From Diplonema japonicum (taxonomy: Eukaryota; Protista; Euglenozoa: Diplonemea), in the NCBI GenBank assembly GCA_964019335.1, contig OZ025706.1, forward strand, positions 310,001-374,000: a DNA stretch of 64,000 bases. The letters run 5' to 3'. Within the stretch, counting starts at the first letter, position 1, and each line of letters starts with the position of its first letter. The notes beneath the pieces were generated by a model, which saw only the letters and a program-made list of their open reading frames with translations, was not told the DNA's origin and did not search any database. This document shows positions 22,082 through 32,358 of this stretch, piece by piece. A program made the position numbers and the translations under genes.

Positions 22082-22087
22082 AGTGGT

Positions 22088-22120
<33 letters not shown>

Positions 22121-22447
22121 CTTGTGTTTATGTGTATACTGTTTAACTTTTTCTTTTTTTTTTTTAAAGGGAGTAAGAGAAAAAAAAAAAGAAAAAAAAA
22201 AGGAGGCAATACAACCGACATGGACTTGCAGAAGGAAAAGGAAAGGGGGGGGGGGGGAAAAGAAAAAAAAAGAAGAAAAGACATGCTTTTCCGGTGAAGA
22301 AAAGAGCAGTGTGAAATAAGCAAGGAGGAAGAACTGGTTTGCCATTCTTTTACAAAAATATAAAAAAAAAAAAAAAAGAAAAAAAACTAGTTTGGCGCTC
22401 CATTTGTTTGTGCGCACGAGCGGAAAAAATATATAAAAAAAAAGAAA

Positions 22448-23167
22448 TCAAGCGCCCACGAGCCTGTTTCTATTAGAGTATATAGCAGCCGCGGCAACAC
22501 CTACAAAGATGCCTTGATAGTTGGAGGCAATCCAATTTTGAACCGTTACTGATATACGGGTGGGGCGCCAAAAGGTCCCAGGGCAGTTTGCGTCAACACC
22601 AGCAGAAGGCAGCCCGTCGAGTGAGTACCCTCGGGCGGTCCATTTCTTTGTGTTGAAATCATCCATGTCAATGCCAACCAGGTTAGTCTCGAGGTACTCG
22701 GGCATCCTTGTTCTCTGCTTCTCATAAGTCATAAAGGGGACAGCATAGCCGCAGGAATCCATGACCTGGAATCCATCAACTACAATTATGGAACGGCACT
22801 TTTTGGGGTCGAGAGGACCGGTTCCCTCTGAGAAGTGTTTTTTGACAATGGCGTTGAAGTCTGGAGTGCCTTGAAGAACTGCTCTCCCCATTCCGTGGAT
22901 TCTCACGATGCAGGGGTCACCTTTGAACGCGCACCACATGAGGCATATCCTTCCGTTTTCTCTTATGTGGCTCAGGGTTTCGCAACCACTTCCATGTGAG
23001 TCCAGATACATCACCTGCCTCTCCCCAGTGATTTTCAGAGTGGCGTCTAACCCCTTCGGACTAAGGTTGATGAACTTTCCATGTTTTGGAGCGGAGGACA
23101 CAAAAAACATTTTACTCTCTTTGATGAGTTTCTCCGCACGTCCTTCGATTACGTCGTAGATCTTCAT
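22448..23167 (-). CDS. Pyridoxamine 5'-phosphate oxidase-like FMN-binding protein
   Basis: MFFVSSAP..INLSPKG, YLDSHGSGCETLSHIRENGRICLMWCAF, SCGYAVP, SLDGLP. Confidence 0.85.
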   Translation of the reverse strand: MKIYDVIEGRAEKLIKESKMFFVSSAPKHGKFINLSPKGLDATLKITGERQVMYLDSHGSGCETLSHIRENGRICLMWCAFKGDPCIVRIHGMGRAVLQGTPDFNAIVKKHFSEGTGPLDPKKCRSIIVVDGFQVMDSCGYAVPFMTYEKQRTRMPEYLETNLVGIDMDDFNTKKWTARGYSLDGLPSAGVDANCPGTFWRPTRISVTVQNWIASNYQGIFVGVAAAAIYSNRNRLVGA

Positions 23168-23315
23168 TATTTATTTTATTTTATTTTTTTTTTGTCTGTG
23201 ATAGTATTGTGTGTGTGTGTGTGAGTGGTTGGATCTTCTTCTTCTTTTTTTTTTTTCTTTTTTAAATGAGGGAATAAAGCAACACTAAGAAAGGGAAGAG
23301 AAAAAAAATTTTTTT

Positions 23316-23699
23316 TTATTTCTTTTTCGTAACTGTGGGCGACCCGGGTTTCTTGCCGGCGGTTTTTTTTGTGGTAGGGGATCCTGGGGAGTCGTTTCTT
23401 TTTTCTTTTTCGTCCTGCTCCTTTTTGTGTTCCTGGGCGAGCCACTCATCGACGTCTTTCCTAGGCACCCATTGTATGTTGTCGGTGCCCCACACTGCCC
23501 ACGGGGGGCACACAACTAACCCGCACAGGCTCAGCCCTCCCACCACCACCGCCATCATAGCCCTTGTGGACTGCACTGTAATCCCAACGAGCAAACCTAC
23601 GATACCGCTGAGCCAAAGAACCACATGGATTATAACCTCACATTTCCTCTGCCCCTTGAGGCTCACACCGTCGGTGGCCCATATGTCCATAATGGACAT
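23316..23699 (-). CDS. SPCS1: Signal peptidase complex 12-kDa subunit (SPC12)
   Basis: Small protein with KGQ, two TM helices and VVCPPWxxWxxxxxxW, the SPC12 pattern. Confidence 0.7.
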   Translation of the reverse strand: MSIMDIWATDGVSLKGQRKCEVIIHVVLWLSGIVGLLVGITVQSTRAMMAVVVGGLSLCGLVVCPPWAVWGTDNIQWVPRKDVDEWLAQEHKKEQDEKEKRNDSPGSPTTKKTAGKKPGSPTVTKKK

Positions 23700-23907
23700 C
23701 TTTCCCTTTTTTCTTTTTTTTTTTTTAAATTACTGTAAATATCTTCATTTTCCATTCCTTTTCTCAAACGATTGAAGAAAAGAAAGAAAAAAAAAAAAAA
23801 ATGAGGGGGAAAGATAAGATAAGAAATGAATAAAAAAATAAAAAAAAAAACGGAAGTTTTCTTTTTTTTTTTTTTTTTTTTTTTTTTCTTTTTTTTCACT
23901 TTTTCTT

Positions 23908-25737
23908 TCAAATTGGAGGCAGTCCCTGCGACTTTAAAGAGCGCTCGAATTGTATGACAGCGTGTAGTTGCTCAGGGCGCCTGTTTGAAAGTTCTTTCTG
24001 GACGTGGTGGAGGTGGGTTACCAAGGCCGGGGGGAGAAAATCAGCTGCCCCACGAGCAGGAGAGCTGTACGAGGCCACCGCCACCTTCCGCGGAGGCCTC
24101 GAAAGAGTAGGAAGAAGGGCCGGCTTCTTAGGAGCCAAGGGATAATAAACATGTTTTTGTTTGGGTTTGTTGGGTGTAGAGGCGAGTTTCACCTCAGGCT
24201 GTGTGCTAACCTGCATGTTCTTAACAGATATATTCTCGACCATGATGTCCCCCTTCGTTGAATCTATATCAATATCGGTATTTTTTTCAACAGATGTTTT
24301 TTTGTATGGTTCTCTGATGTCAGATACCGATGCTTGAAATCGCTTCATTACCATTGAGGTAGGGGGCTTGAAACGTATACTGAAGTTGGAACGTTTTTTT
24401 TTCCATTTGCCCTTTCGGGTGGTGTTTGATTTTTTCTCGCTTTGGTCGCTCTCGCTGTTGAGATCTTCCTCGCTGACTTCTGTGTACCCCTCGTCGTTTA
24501 CAGGAGCTTGCAGTAATGCATTTCGGAGAAATCCGTTTCCTTCCGATGAACAAGAATCACCCTCGCTGAGATATTCACCAGGTTCAGAATCTGTAGACGG
24601 GTATTCGACCTGTATCCCCCCTGGCGAGTTTGGGTCAGCCGACGCCCAAATCTTCTGTATTTTAGGTGCAATTCTATTTCCAAGAAATTCGGTATTCACA
24701 AAATCCCCTGCAGCCATGTTTAGCCGTGCTCCGCTGCTGTTTTTTTTAGATCTGTGTTTATCAGACCGGGTTTTTTTCCTTCCGACGAATGACTGTGATC
24801 GCATGCCGGATACAAAACTACCTTGTTTTTTTTGGGTCGCTGTCAGAGCCTTCCCGGAGGAGGAGGAGGCTTCTGTTTTTCGTATCGAATTTACTCTTTT
24901 TGGAGCCTGCGTGTGTGCTCGCTTTTGTTGCATCAACAGCTTCCTTTTTCGTATTCTCTCGTACCATTTTGACTTCGCCGCCTGCAGCTTTGCTGCCAAC
25001 GACGTCAAACAATATGTTTCAATCATTGTAGTCCCTTTTAATTTCGTCATATCCTCGATGAGCCCCTCTGCAAAACTATCTTTAGCATCTAGCTCCTGAT
25101 CGGAGTCACATTGGTCATCAGAAGCACTGTCCTCATCTGAGTCAGAGTCATCACTCGAAGCAGGGTGGAACGACAAATTCATCTGAGGAAGCTTTTTCGG
25201 TTTTTCAGTTTTGTTGTGATCTGAACTGCCCTTCTGGAAAACTTCTAAACGCTGTAATTTTTGTCTCACAGAGGAGATCCACCCGTGAATTTCTAATTGG
25301 AATTCCTTGTCTACGCAAACTTTGGGGACCTGTGTTGTGTGCCCCATTAGTTTCAAGGTTCTGTGTTCTATGACAGTTTTTTCTGCCGTGTTTGTTTCTT
25401 TGTCGATTACTTTGACAGGGTTTAGGATGACCAGTTTCGTGACGGGATCGAGGAAGCACTCTGGGATGGTGATTTTCAGGTATTTTTCAGCGCGCCGTAG
25501 AAGTTGTCGCACCGAGTTTAGGTCTTTTAGGTAGTCTGCCAGTAGCTGCATGCGGAAGGTCTCGTGGTAGCGGCTTGTCTTGGTGCTGATTTTCCTCTTG
25601 GCGGCGAACTGTTCTCCTCCGGGGCGGTACCGTAACGGGACAACACCCTTTTGAAAAATCTTATTTGCATCGATTCTGTGGGTCACAGACGACTCCAGTG
25701 CAGTGTGTTGTTGCCAACTAGAAACTTCTGGTTCCAT
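23908..25737 (-). CDS. Hypothetical protein with a degenerate U-box-like segment and low-complexity acidic/basic tail
   Basis: IPECFLDPVTKLVILNPV resembles the start of a U-box; long open frame from MEPEVSS. Confidence 0.6.
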   Translation of the reverse strand: MEPEVSSWQQHTALESSVTHRIDANKIFQKGVVPLRYRPGGEQFAAKRKISTKTSRYHETFRMQLLADYLKDLNSVRQLLRRAEKYLKITIPECFLDPVTKLVILNPVKVIDKETNTAEKTVIEHRTLKLMGHTTQVPKVCVDKEFQLEIHGWISSVRQKLQRLEVFQKGSSDHNKTEKPKKLPQMNLSFHPASSDDSDSDEDSASDDQCDSDQELDAKDSFAEGLIEDMTKLKGTTMIETYCLTSLAAKLQAAKSKWYERIRKRKLLMQQKRAHTQAPKRVNSIRKTEASSSSGKALTATQKKQGSFVSGMRSQSFVGRKKTRSDKHRSKKNSSGARLNMAAGDFVNTEFLGNRIAPKIQKIWASADPNSPGGIQVEYPSTDSEPGEYLSEGDSCSSEGNGFLRNALLQAPVNDEGYTEVSEEDLNSESDQSEKKSNTTRKGKWKKKRSNFSIRFKPPTSMVMKRFQASVSDIREPYKKTSVEKNTDIDIDSTKGDIMVENISVKNMQVSTQPEVKLASTPNKPKQKHVYYPLAPKKPALLPTLSRPPRKVAVASYSSPARGAADFLPPALVTHLHHVQKELSNRRPEQLHAVIQFERSLKSQGLPPI

Positions 25738-26355
25738 GGCTTTTTTTTTTTTTTTTTTTTTTTTGCCCCTCTCCTCCTCCCTATGATGCGTGACAGACGT
25801 AAAAATCAGAGAGGGGGGGGGGGGGGGGGAATGTGATGGAAGAAAAAAAAAAAGAATGATATTTGCAAGGCAAACCTCGGGCAAAATCTTTTTTATTTGA
25901 TTGGACGGACTTTTTTTTTTCTCCTTTCCTTTTTTTTTTAATAAAAAAGTAAATACACCATACCTCACCCCCCCCCTTTTTTTTAAAACTGAGCATTTTA
26001 CAGTATTTTTTTTCTCTTTTCTCTTCTTAATTTTCTTCTCATTTCTTTTTTCTTTCTTTGGTTCAGTTACAGCTATCGACCCTGTTAGTTGGCTTAGACA
26101 ACAGGCATCAGAGCCATGATTTGAAATGGGCAGATAGCTTTCCTTCTTTTAACTTTCAAGAGACCTTCTCAAAAAAAAAAAAAAATGTTTTACCGGATTG
26201 GTACTACACCGCTTTTGTGAAGAGGAGCCACACGTCGATGGCGTGAGCGTAAAGTAATAATATGTAATTATGTGGAAAAAAAAAGAAAAGAAAAGAAAAA
26301 CAAGTCTCTCCTCCTCCCCGTTCCTCTTCACTTTTTTTCTTTTTTTTCTTCTTCT

Positions 26356-26400
<45 letters not shown>

Positions 26401-26800
26401 AGAGGCTAACCGATGTACACAGGTCTAACAACTCTCAGTACCACCACCACACGGCTCCCAGCTACCACAAAGTACATGGGGTGGGGTGTTTGTTGCCGAA
26501 CATGAGCTTCTAGCCTGTGCGGCGCCACTTCTGAGACATCGTGGGGGGCCCAAGCCACAATGTTTGTGCTAGGTGCTGCCCCCAAAATGTTAGTTAATGT
26601 TACTCTACTCCTCCAAAGAAAGAAATTCAACGAAATGATAACGGATTACCTAGTGCCACCTCCGCTTGATGTTATGTAAAAAAGAGTCGGGGGTGATGGT
26701 TTGTGCAAAGCTGTTTTTCACCTACAGTAGGGGGAAACGGACAAGCTGCCCTCATACTCTTTTTTTTTTTTTTTTTTTTTCCTTGTTCCAGCAAATAAAG

Positions 26801-26834
<34 letters not shown>

Positions 26835-26839
26835 CTTTA

Positions 26840-27112
26840 CGCTTCGGATCCGTTAAGTGACCCGGCCTTTGTCCACAGTAGTTTCCTCCAGGGGGGGTCA
26901 TACAGGGGAAAATAAAACTCAAATTAACACGCAAGCTGACCACAAATTAAAAAAAAAAATGTCCAAAGGTTCACTGAATTCTTTTTTCCTCCAGAAAATC
27001 CATATCCCGGACGCAAATAAGTCCATTCCAGTCCTAGAAAAGCAATTGGAATTTTTTTTTTTTAGCCCGTTACTTTGCGATTTCTGATGGGTCACTTAAC
27101 GGATCCGGAGTG
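26840..27112. mobile_element. MITE with 24-bp terminal inverted repeats and TA flanks (Tc1/mariner-type)
   Basis: 26840-26863 cgcttcggatccgttaagtgaccc and 27089-27112 gggtcacttaacggatccggagtg are complementary at 22/24 positions. TA at 26838-39 and 27113-14; no internal coding capacity evident. Confidence 0.85.
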
Positions 27113-28165
27113 TAAAATTTTGTCCTTAAATATACCCGGGAAAAAAAAAAAAAAAAAGATTTATCAAGAAATAAGAAGAGGAGAAAAAAAAAAAGGAACC
27201 ATATCGGACTGTTTTGTTTTCAACAAAAAAGAAACCAATAATAAAGTTTTTTTTCCCCCCTCTTTTTGTACGCTGTTCAGCAGCGGAGGCGGCGGCGCGG
27301 GTGTGCTTGGAATACTTCAGAGATGGTAAAAAAAAAAGGGGGGAAATACTCAAGAGAGGGATTTCTTTTTCAAACCCTTGGATATATGTGTAATAGATTG
27401 ACGATAGCACCCAGGCTTGACCTCGGGGGGGGGGGGGGGGGGAGGAACCTTAATGTCCCCCTGCTGAACACAAACAGGAGAAGAAAACAAAAAAAGTCAG
27501 TGTTGTTCAAGAGGATTAAAAAGAAAAAAAAAAGAAAATTAAATTGCTTTCTATTTAGTTTTTTTTTTTTTTTTTTTCTCGGCCCTTTGGACGATTCCAA
27601 CTGAAGTGCGATTTTTAAAAAAAGAAAATGGAAAAAAAAAAAAAAAAAAAAAAGAAAAAAAAAACACGTAATTTGTTTACTTTTTTTTTTCTTTTTTTCT
27701 TAAAAAGGCTAGAATGACACTTCCTACACCCTCGTCATTTTTTTTTTAAAAAGGGTTTCTGTTTTTTTTTCTCTCTTTTTTTTTCTTTCGCATTTATCTC
27801 AAAAAAAACCCCCCCCCTTCTTTAAAAAAAAAAATAGAATCCCCAACCACAGCCTCTTGGAAGGTTAGATTGCATATGAGGAAGGGGTTTTGTGGTCGAG
27901 TCCTGCACAATTTGAAAGTGGGGGGAGAAGGGAAGAAAGAAAAAAAAAAGGCGATGTTTAAGGGCAAATCCCACTTGAGGACACCCTTAGGAGGGGGGGA
28001 GGGGTCGATCTTTTGATGCTCCCTTTTGGAGCCTCGCTTTCGTTCTGATGGCGGTTACCAGTGTCCTTCGCAGACGGTTGATGTGGCCTCTTCAGGCTGG
28101 TCTTCAGCTCTTTTAGCCTGTCCTAGTTGCAAAGCCGATCGATGGTCATGAGGGACTTCACTCTC

Positions 28166-28204
<39 letters not shown>

Positions 28205-28207
<3 letters not shown>

Positions 28208-28528
28208 GGCTTTGATTGCAACACTAGGTGGCGTTAAGCGTGCAACGAAGCACGAAATACCTACTTGATTACAGGGGGCTCCTCGGCCGAGCAGTAGCTT
28301 CTTCTGCGTTCCGCGTCGTGTCCTTAATGCATGCGGTGTGCTCAACCCTAGCCGGGGCGTCCCGGGTAACCAAGATTCTGCGCTCGTGCAGTTTGCTGCC
28401 TGTTCGTCACCCTGAGCATCTGCGATACGTTCTTCCACTCGGGCGCTACCGGTGATGACCGACGAGGAGGTCAACAGCGAACAACACATCTGATGTACTT
28501 CTTATATTTCCATGTTATCCCCACCACC
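28205..28528. mobile_element. Family C dispersed repeat, copy 1 (324 bp)
   Basis: By eye identical to 49719-50044 apart from a 2-bp indel; flanked by poly(A) runs. Confidence 0.85.
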
Positions 28529-29910
28529 TTCCAAAAAAAAACACACACAACGCCACTTAAGGACAACCTTGCTTTGTAGAGTGAGATATCTATTAATACT
28601 TCCCTTTCTGGAGCATTATTTTTGTGTTTCCGAAGTATGGAAAAAATAAAAATTCTTCTTCTCTTTCTCTCTTCTTTTTTTTTCTTTTTTTTTTTCCTTT
28701 TCTTTTCCCTTCGGTTTTCAGTTAGTTTCTTTTTTGCACAAAGCTTGATTTTCTTTTTTTTTCTCTCGCAAACATAGAAACAAAAACTTGTTGATTCAGT
28801 TGTTGTTGTGCAGGGGTCGAAGCCATTGCGCAAATGAGTCCTATCAGTGGGAGTTATTAAGCGGATGTTATAAACTGAAATAAAAATAGGTTTTGTGTGG
28901 GAATAAAAAAAAAAAAAGAGAGAGAGAGAAAAAACCTATTCAGGCGCCTGTTTTTTTTTTCTTTTTTTTTTTTTCTTTTTTTTTCTTTTTTTTTTCTTGG
29001 AATGAAAGTATAAACGCTGCCAATTGAATAGTCTTTACTGAAAAAAAAAAAAAAAACTAGTTTTTTGCGCTTCATTGGTGTGTGCGCGAGCGGTATTTTA
29101 CCTAATAAAATAACTCATTGCACTGTCACCAACTAGTTTCTTTTAGTTAAAACAAAAAAAAGAAGGGGGGGGGAAATGGGGGAGTGCACTGTGAACCAAG
29201 AAAAAATAGAGAAAGCCATTTGCGGCTTTGACAAAAACCTTCCTTGGGAGAGACGACTGCTGATAAGTTCGGCTTCCCCAATGTAAGAAATCCTTTACAG
29301 GTGGTAGGATTAGAAAGAAAATAAAGGTGATGTTAAAAGGTCAAGCCCTACTGGGGGGCCAATGGCGCATAGACTTTTTTTTCTTTTTTTTTTATTGTTG
29401 ATTTTCTCTTGGGATAGAACGAAAAACTGCTGGTACAATTTTCTTTCCCCCCCCTTTTTTTTTGAGGCGCCCGTAAGATATAAAAAAAAGAAAAAAAAAT
29501 TAAAAACCCGCCTAGTTTTTTTTTTTTTTTTTTTTTTTTTTTTGTGCCCCCCTCCCCGCGTCTCCACGTTTTGTTAAAAAGAAAGAAAAAAACAGTTAGA
29601 CTTCCGGGTAAAATTTGGAATGCAAAGACACCATCAAACAATGTGAATATCAAATACGAGTTGTCCTACCAAGAGTCAACGAAGGTGCCATGGAGCCCAC
29701 TCATATAATTTATTAGAACGCGCGCCCCATGCTTAAAAAAGACGACCCCCCCCCCCCCCCCCCCCCCCCCCCAGAACACAGTTGCTACGAAGAAAAAAAA
29801 ATAAAAATAAAAAAACAAACCAAACCAAAAAAAAAAAAAAATCCCCTCCCCATCCCCATCCTTTTTCTGATCCCTGTTAAGATTCCACCCCCCCCCCCTT
29901 TTTTTCCCCT

Positions 29911-31519
29911 TCACCCAACAATGATAGGATGGAAAACCAATGTGTTATTGCTGAGCACGAGAACCAGCTCGGGAAGCAGGTCTGCGGGGATGGCACGGAG
30001 ATCAGGCGTACGAGTAGAGTGTCCGACTAGAGCGTTGCAGTCAGGACACATCACAGAAGTCCCCCGTTCAGGGCTCGCCCAGCTAGGAAGCTCAAGAATA
30101 TCGGGGGAGAGAAAATTGAGCGGCGACGCCAGCACCCGACTGCACCGGCAAAACAACGCTTTTAAAGAAGTAGTAGCAGCTCCTTGCGGCGCTTTTTTAC
30201 AATAAGTTGCCGGATCGATAGGAATAGAAGTATCGCTCAGCTGGTAGGGCACCGTGTCTAACATGTTAAACTCAGCCTGGAACAAGTCGAATAGATCTCC
30301 TGTTGCAGGACCGTCGCCAGACGAAAGCATGGATTCTAAAAAACGCAACTGTCTGCAGAAGCTTGAGTTCGGCTGCACGACCGGACGGGATTTTTTCACT
30401 TCGCCGTACGCCTCGGACAAGGATAAATTTCTTTTTATCATGCTGTGGGCAACGACCATGAAGGCTGACCTGCTCATTCCTTTTTCACAATGTACTAGGC
30501 ATCCCCCTTCACCATTTCCTTCAATAAAATCAGCGCCAAGTTCTGCGTGTGACAGGAGGTCCGTGAACAGGACGTCGTCAACACTCAGAATTTTATAGTT
30601 GAATTCTGTCGGGTGTTTAGGAGACAGGTCACACCCCACACTTAGGACCCTCGTCACTTCACAGGTTTGTAGTTTCTTCACAGCGTTGCTCCCTTTATAT
30701 GACGAGATGAACACGTTGTTGGATACTTGACACACGTCTTGCTCCTTTTTTTTTTTTTTTTTTTGTTACAAATATTTATTTTTCAAAAAATGATTTTATA
30801 AACTATATGCAACTTGTGCCGAGCAAAAAACTTTCGCAGCTTTTTAAAAACCTTTTTTGCTCGTGTGAAAAAAGTAAAATGCCGCCGAAGACTGCCAAAG
30901 CGGGTGGAGAGAGGGTTGATCACCCACCTCCCCGCCTCCGTGCCAGACGCCAGGCCGGAGTGAGGCTACCCCTAAGAGAACCAGGGTCGACCGGCTCGGC
31001 CGTTCAAAGGGCCATCTCCGAGCTGCTCCCCACGGTTAGGGACCGGGTGGAGAGTTCGCACCTTGGGTCGGGACATCGGCTGGAACTCTCACCGCCGACC
31101 GAGCTGATCGAGGGCCAAGCGCCGAGGGTACGACTGGGGTCAACCTCCCCGGAATCCGCGACGGAAAGCGCAGACGCCTAGCCTCGCAGTCTTCCGCGGA
31201 CTCGGAGGGTTTTCGCGACGAGCCAAGCGCCGACGACTCACCACAGGACAACCCCGACACTCAGGCTCCCCCACCGCTATGGGGTCTGCAAGCCTTAGAG
31301 CCGTCTAAGTGGGCGTGGTTAGAGCCGTCTAAGTGGGCGTGGTTAGAGCCGGGCGAACGCAACAACAAAGACATATAGTCATAAAGAATTATTTTTTTTT
31401 TTGTTGTAAAAAAAAAGAAATACCTCTTCCTTCATACTCTCACTGATGTAATTATCTTCCAACATCACTCCCTTATGTTGTCTTTTTGGTGCCCATGCTT
31501 TTGGCTTCCCTTCCGCCAT
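29911..31519 (-). CDS. Dual-specificity protein phosphatase; exon 1 31519-31424, intron 30745-31423, exon 2 30744-29911
   Basis: HCEKGMSRS catalytic loop and QPNSSFCRQL. Exon 1 (MAEGKPK...SMKEE) splices in phase 0 via GTATTT..AAAG to EQDVCQV. Confidence 0.85.
30765..31391 (+). mobile_element. Family A element (627 bp) in the DUSP intron; cargo is the 5' end of an unknown (gag-like?) ORF
   Basis: Left terminus of ~73 bp shared with 52886; right terminus agtcataaagaatta shared with 53499-53513. Internal ORF MPPKTAKAGGER.. from 30879. Flanked on both sides by poly(T). Confidence 0.85.
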
Positions 31520-31779
31520 TTTTTGTTTGTTTGTTTGTTTGTTTGTTTGTTTTTTTTTTTTGTTTTGTTTGGATTACCTCCTTCTGATCTTTCTCTTTTT
31601 TTTTTATAGGTCCTTTTTGTTTTGGTTTGGTCTTTTTTTTTTTTCTTCCTTTCTTTTTTTTTTGACGTTTGAAAAAGAAAGAAATAACATACAAAAAAAA
31701 AAGAAAGGATGCAAAAAAAAGGGGGGGGGGGACTGAACACAGGATACAGGTTTTTTTAAAACTCCGCAGTAACATAAAA

Positions 31780-31893
31780 GAGGAACTGGCCGTTGTTTGT
31801 ACGTGCCGGGTAAAACCTGGAGAAGTTTGTCAACCCGAAACACGTTGCCAACGTTCCCCTTTTTGTTTAGACAAGTCAAAGACTCGTTTTTGC
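31780..31893. repeat. Family B dispersed repeat (~113 bp), copy 1
   Basis: Near-identical to 62159-62271. Confidence 0.85.
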
Positions 31894-32122
31894 AAAAAAA
31901 AGGGGGGGGGGACGTGCAGAGGAAAAAATAGGATTCCCTCATTCATTTTTTTTTTCTTTCTTTCTTTTTCATCAAATTTTGAGACTCCAGGCAAAGAAAA
32001 AAAAAATGAAGAGGGTGGTTTCCCCCCCTCTTTTTTCTAAACTTTTTTTTTTGTTTTTTTTTTTTTTTTTACACAGGGGATTAAAAAATGGGGGAAGGGG
32101 GGAACAAACTTTCTACATATTC

Positions 32123-32151
<29 letters not shown>

Positions 32152-32184
<33 letters not shown>
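32152..32184. repeat. (AAT)11 microsatellite
   Basis: Directly visible tandem AAT units following a poly(A) run. Confidence 0.9.
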
Positions 32185-32187
<3 letters not shown>

Positions 32188-32235
32188 GTAAAGCGAAAGA
32201 ATTCTGGAGAGAATAATGCCGGAGTGACAGACTCC

Positions 32236-32299
<64 letters not shown>

Positions 32300-32358
32300 G
32301 GACATTTTTTCTCTTCCGGATTTCTTTTTTTGTTTTGTTTTACAGCAATTCCCCTTTT

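Noticed and set aside
28222-28265. Hammerhead ribozyme in family C (stem followed by GAAA)
   Set aside because: The CUGAnGA core is absent.
28205-28523. Family C as a solo LTR (TG...CA)
   Set aside because: Identity between the copies continues 5 bp past the CA, and there is no 4-6 bp target duplication.
31295-31350. 24-bp tandem repeat (ttagagccgtctaagtgggcgtgg) as a CRISPR-like array
   Set aside because: Only ~2.3 adjacent units with no spacers and no cas genes; a local duplication inside the family A element.
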